The notes below the pieces were generated by a model, which was given only the letters and a program-made list of their open reading frames with translations, was not told the DNA's origin and did not search any database. 64,000 nt of DNA from an uncultured Chloroflexia bacterium (lineage in GTDB: Bacteria > Chloroflexota > Limnocylindria > QHBO01): NCBI GenBank assembly GCA_963704115.1, contig CAVPGY010000001.1:190075-254074 (forward strand). Reading direction: 5' to 3'. Shown here piece by piece: positions 60,078-64,000 of this stretch (position 1 is its first letter; every line of letters starts with the position of its first letter). A program made the translations under genes and the position numbers.

Positions 60078-61305
60078 GTGTTCTACGTCCAGCGCGGCGA
60101 GGTGCCGCACAAGCGCCACACCCAGTTCCGCAAGGATGACGGCGGCCTCTACGCCGAGGAGCTCTTCGGCGTCGAGGGGTTCAGCGGCCGGGCCAGCCTG
60201 CTCTACCACCACACGCCGCCGACGCAGACGCACGCCATCGAGAAGGTGCGCGACGTCCGGATCGAGCAGAGCGAGGACGAGGCGTCAGCGGGCCGCATCG
60301 GCATCGGCTGGTCAACACGAAGGACCTCGAAGCCGTCGGGTGATGGCGTCTCCGGGCGCGTGCCGCTCTTCTACAACGCGGACGTCACCTTCGGCGTCGT
60401 CCTGCCCGCGGAGCCGATGGAGCGCTACTACCGCAACGGCGAAGCCGATGAGATGTACTTCGTCCACACCGGCACCGGCGACGCTCGAGACGAACTTCGG
60501 GCCGATCGAGTACGGCCCGGGCGACTACCTCGTCATCCCCATCGGCACGACGTTCCGCCTGCGGCCGGGAAGCGATGACCAGCGCATGCTCTGGGTCGAG
60601 TCGCCTTCCTCGATCGTGCCGCCGAAGCGGTACCGCAACGACTTCGGCCAGCTGCTCGAGCACTCGCCGTACTGCGAGCGTGATATCCGCCCGCCCACCG
60701 AGATGGCGCCGAACCTTGAGTCGGGCGACTACGTCATCGAGGTCAAGACCCGCGGACGGATCACCGCGTACCACTACAAGCATCACCCCTTCGACCTCGT
60801 GGGCTGGGACGGGCACCTGTGGCCCTTCGCCTTCAACATCGGCGACTTCGAGCCGATCACCGGGCGGGTCCACCAGCCCCCGCCGGTGCACCTGACCTTC
60901 CAGCCGCGCAATTACGTCATCTGCTCGTTCGTGCCGCGCAAGTTCGACTATCACCCGCTCGCCATCCCGGCGCCGTACAACCACTCGAACATCAACAGCG
61001 ACGAGGTCATCTACTACGTCGCCGGCAACTTCATGTCGCGTCGGGGCGTGGACATCTCCTCCTTCACGATCCATCCGGCCGGCATCCCGCACGGGCCGCA
61101 CCCTGGGTCAGTGGAGGCGAGCATCGGCAAGGAGGCGACCGAGGAGCTGGCGGTCATGATCGACACGTTCCATCCGCTGCACCTCACGAAGCAGGCCTCG
61201 GAGCTCGAGGACGACCGGTACCCGTATTCGTGGATGCCGCCGGAGGACAAGGAAGCCTTCGCGCGCGAGCTGTCGGAGCGTGGCCCGGAGGCGTTCCCCG
61301 ACTGA
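60078..61305 (+). CDS. hmgA: Homogentisate 1,2-dioxygenase, several frameshifts (about 60295, 60330, 60480)
   Basis: PHKRH, EELFGVEGFSG, RNGEADE, EHSPYCERD, HPFDLVGWDG, VHQPPPVH, HPAGIPHGPHPG, ELAVMIDTF. Confidence 0.9.
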
Positions 61306-61317
61306 CTGCGCCGCGCG

Positions 61318-61743
61318 TCAGTCGAGCATCAGGTCGCGGGCGCGTTCCGCCATCTCGAGCAGCACCGCCAGGTCGACGTCGGCAAGACGCTTGAACGTGA
61401 CATTGGCGCTGCCGACCTTCACCTTGCCGAGCCGATCCGCGTAGCGCTTCACCAGGTACTGCCCGTCCTCGACGGCGCTGACGTACAGCGAGAGATGCGC
61501 CTTCTGGGCGGCGAGCCCGAGGACGAACCAGTCACCGGAGGCGCCGCTGCGTCCTTCGTACCGGTAGGCGCCGTAGCCGATGATCCGCTGCTCGGTACCG
61601 CCCCACATCTTCCCCTCCCACAGGACCCGCTCGTGGCCGGCAAAGATCTGTGAGAGCTGGGCGTCGAGCATCGCGATGTCGTCGCGGGCGGCTTCGGGCA
61701 GTGCGGTGATGAAGTCGTCGGGTGAGGTTGACGACCGCTGCAT
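61318..61743 (-). CDS. DUF1801 domain protein
   Basis: MWG..IIGYGAYRY..SG..GDWF, QKAHLSLY, GKVKVG. Confidence 0.8.
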   Translation of the reverse strand: MQRSSTSPDDFITALPEAARDDIAMLDAQLSQIFAGHERVLWEGKMWGGTEQRIIGYGAYRYEGRSGASGDWFVLGLAAQKAHLSLYVSAVEDGQYLVKRYADRLGKVKVGSANVTFKRLADVDLAVLLEMAERARDLMLD

Positions 61744-61821
61744 GTCATTCGCTCCGGTGCGGGAGTCGCTGGTGTGATTCTCGCAGTACGATCGCCACGA
61801 TCCCAGCCAGGAGCCACGCGC

Positions 61822-62262
61822 ATGACCGATCCGACGGCAATCCCCATCAACATGTTCGACAACGAGCGCGAGCTCATCGTGGTCGCGCCGATGCCCGGTG
61901 TCGGGCCCGAGGAGATCAGCATCGACGTGACCGACGACGGCCACCTCACGCTCCGCGCCGCGATGCACGGCGAGGGGCAGGAGCGGATCGACTACCTGCT
62001 CCGCGAATGGTCGTACGGCCCGTACGAGCGGACGGTGGAGCTGCCGTGCGCGGTGGATGCCCGGCGCGCCAACGTGACGTACGGGAACGGCGTCGTCTCC
62101 GTCACTTTCCCGAAGACCGGGGCCACCGCCGCCGGACGGCTGCTCGTCCAGCGCACCGGGCAGGCTCGCGGGGTGACGGCCGGCCACCGCGGGAGCCGGG
62201 GCGGCGACGACGATGACCCGACGCCGGACGACGGGAGCAGCGCCACGACGGTCGTGGTGTGA
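61822..62262 (+). CDS. Hsp20/alpha-crystallin small heat-shock protein
   Basis: PINMF, MPGV, REWSYGPYERTVELP, YGNGVV; AGGAG RBS. Confidence 0.85.
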   Translation: MTDPTAIPINMFDNERELIVVAPMPGVGPEEISIDVTDDGHLTLRAAMHGEGQERIDYLLREWSYGPYERTVELPCAVDARRANVTYGNGVVSVTFPKTGATAAGRLLVQRTGQARGVTAGHRGSRGGDDDDPTPDDGSSATTVVV

Positions 62263-62744
62263 TCCTCTACTTCCTCCGCCACGGGAAGGCCGGCTCGCCG
62301 GCAGGAGGCAACGATGACGCGCGGGAGCTCACGCCCGCCGGCGTCGATGCCCTCCGGCGCGCTGCCCCGCTGTGGCGGCGCGTGAACCTGCGCCCCGATG
62401 TCGTCCTGAGTTCGCCGCTGGCCCGCGCTCGCCAGACCGCCGAGCTCGTGACCGAGGCGATCGGCGGCGAGGTGCTCGTCGACGAGCGGCTGCGACCGGC
62501 GGCGTCGTGGGGCGACCTGGCCCGGGCGATGTCCGCCCACTCCGACGCACGCCGCGTGCTCTTCGTCGGGCACGAGCCCGACCTTTCGAGCGCGGTGGCG
62601 TATCTCACCGGGGCGGCCTCGGTCCGGATGCGGAAGGGCGGCCTCGCCTGCCTCGAGTTCTATGGCATCCCCGAGCCGGGGGGCGGCGAGCTGGCCTGGC
62701 TGCTGGATCCCGACCTGTACACCGACGACCTCGAAGGAGACTGA
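62259..62744 (+). CDS. sixA: Phosphohistidine phosphatase SixA
   Basis: LRHGKA, RELT, SSPLARARQTA, VGHEP. Confidence 0.85.
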   Translation: MILYFLRHGKAGSPAGGNDDARELTPAGVDALRRAAPLWRRVNLRPDVVLSSPLARARQTAELVTEAIGGEVLVDERLRPAASWGDLARAMSAHSDARRVLFVGHEPDLSSAVAYLTGAASVRMRKGGLACLEFYGIPEPGGGELAWLLDPDLYTDDLEGD

Positions 62745-62747
62745 CCG

Positions 62748-63113
62748 ATGCCCGAGTCCGCTGCCATCATTCGCACTTTCACCGACCCCGACGAGCACCG
62801 CGATTTCCCGCTCGGCCGCTTCGACCTCGTCGCGATCGGCGGCATGACCGTCGGGCACGCCCAGTACGAGCCCGGCTGGCGCTGGTCTGTGCACGTCGGA
62901 GCCGCGCTCGGCCAGGCGGTGTGCGAGGTCGCCCACCTGGGGCTCGTCCTGTCCGGACGGAACCGGATCGAGATGTCCGACGGCCGCGTGGTCGAGGTCG
63001 GACCCGGGGACCTGTTCGAGATCGGCCCGGGCCACGACTCGGTGGTGATCGGCGACGAGCCGTACGTCAGCATCCACTTCCTCGGTGCCAACCAGTACGC
63101 CACGGCGAAGTGA
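62748..63113 (+). CDS. Cupin domain protein
   Basis: EPGWRWS..C...H.G.VLSG..PGD..I.PGHD.VVIGDEP. Confidence 0.8.
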   Translation: MPESAAIIRTFTDPDEHRDFPLGRFDLVAIGGMTVGHAQYEPGWRWSVHVGAALGQAVCEVAHLGLVLSGRNRIEMSDGRVVEVGPGDLFEIGPGHDSVVIGDEPYVSIHFLGANQYATAK

Positions 63114-63283
63114 CTGATGCGCCCCGCAGCGTGACGCGCGTGGCGGCCTACGCGCTGTGCACCGATGGCGACGCGATCCTGCTGAGCCGCATCGCCCAAA
63201 GCCGTCCGCACCGGGGCGCGGCTCTTCGATCGGCTTCCATAGTTGCGCAACTCCGCAAGTGTGCAGTATTGTGCGCCACATGA
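63110..63283 (+). pseudogene. Truncated Nudix hydrolase N-terminus
   Basis: GTGA-coupled ORF VTDAPRSVTRVAAYALCTDGDAILLSRIA then degenerates into promoter DNA; no Nudix box. Confidence 0.5.
63241..63279 (+). promoter_or_regulatory. arsR promoter/operator
   Basis: Perfect palindrome AGTTGCGCAACT (63241-63252) over -35 TTGCGC; -10 TATTGT (63267-63272) 7 nt before ATG. Confidence 0.55.
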
Positions 63284-63615
63284 GTTCCCCCACCACCGTC
63301 GCGCTCGTCGACGTCGAGCGCTTCCGGGCCGCCGCCGACATCTGTCGCGCGCTGACCGATCCGAAGCGGCTTGCGCTCCTCCACCAGCTTCGTGACGGCG
63401 AGCGCGCCGCCGGCACCCTCGCCGCCGATCTCGGCTGCACGCTCGCCAACGCGAGCCAGCACCTTGCCGTTCTGCGGCACGCGGGACTCGTGACCTCGCG
63501 CCGCGACGGCACCTCGATCCACTACCGCCTGGCGGTACCGGAGATCCTCGACGCCTGCGACACGGTCGGTCGGCTCGCCGAGGCGCGTGGCATCGGCCTT
63601 GCGAGGGAGGCCTGA
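63280..63615 (+). CDS. ArsR/SmtB-family transcriptional regulator
   Basis: RALTDPKRL, NASQHLAVLR.AGLV..RRDG..HYRL; Cys22, Cys53, Cys93. Confidence 0.9.
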   Translation: MSSPTTVALVDVERFRAAADICRALTDPKRLALLHQLRDGERAAGTLAADLGCTLANASQHLAVLRHAGLVTSRRDGTSIHYRLAVPEILDACDTVGRLAEARGIGLAREA

Positions 63616-63616
63616 G

Positions 63617-64000
63617 ATGTTCCTTTACCAGTTCTTTGTCAAGGGCCTCGGGCACGCGAGCTACCTCGTCGGTGATCCGGACGGCGGAACTGCGGCGGTG
63701 ATCGACCCGCGCCGCGACGTGGGCGAGTACCTGGCGATGGCCCGGGACGAGGGCCTCCGCATCACGGACATCTTCGAGACCCACGTCCACAACGACTACG
63801 TCTCCGGCGCCGACGAGCTGCGCCGCGCGACCGGTGCGGTCGTCCGCGCCTCGCGCGCCGCGGGCCTGACACGCCCCCACGAGCCGCTCGCCGACGGAGC
63901 CGAGGTGCGCGTCGGCTCGCTCCGCTTCCGGGCGGTGGCGACCCCCGGCCACACCCCCGACCACCTCGCGTTCCTCGTCGCCGACCTGTCGCGCACCGAC
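63617..64000 (+). CDS. MBL-fold metallo-hydrolase (persulfide dioxygenase/rhodanese type), runs off the right edge
   Basis: GHASYL, VIDPRRD, ETHVHNDYVSG, TPGHTPDH. Confidence 0.85.
   Translation, partial: MFLYQFFVKGLGHASYLVGDPDGGTAAVIDPRRDVGEYLAMARDEGLRITDIFETHVHNDYVSGADELRRATGAVVRASRAAGLTRPHEPLADGAEVRVGSLRFRAVATPGHTPDHLAFLVADLSRTD

Overview
High-GC (roughly 70% by eye), gene-dense bacterial chromosomal window of about 70 CDSs, mostly housekeeping and catabolic. It contains a leucine/MCC degradation cluster (liuB/C/D/E-like), dispersed tyrosine catabolism (hppD, hmgA, FAH family), GABA/polyamine-type aminotransferase and aldehyde dehydrogenases, fumC, thyX, a Ktr/Trk K+ uptake pair, an ECF transporter with nucleoside hydrolase, archaeal/eukaryote-type proS, two-component systems and an ArsR + MBL-fold (persulfide-type) module running off the right end. 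Gene content and pervasive leaderless -10 promoters suggest a Chloroflexota- or Actinomycetota-like soil organism (inference). About a dozen single-base frameshifts in otherwise intact genes look like long-read consensus errors. I found no CRISPR array, tRNA, rRNA, transposase or prophage. The most notable signals are: an excisionase-type HTH DNA-binding domain fused to the N-terminus of the MCC biotin carboxylase (candidate trigger enzyme); a 6S-like RNA; two or three candidate small structured RNAs; three DnaA boxes upstream of thyX; a degenerate GGDEF protein with an intact I-site; a DinB-fold candidate for the missing maleylacetoacetate isomerase; and a secreted C39-like peptidase/lipoprotein pair.
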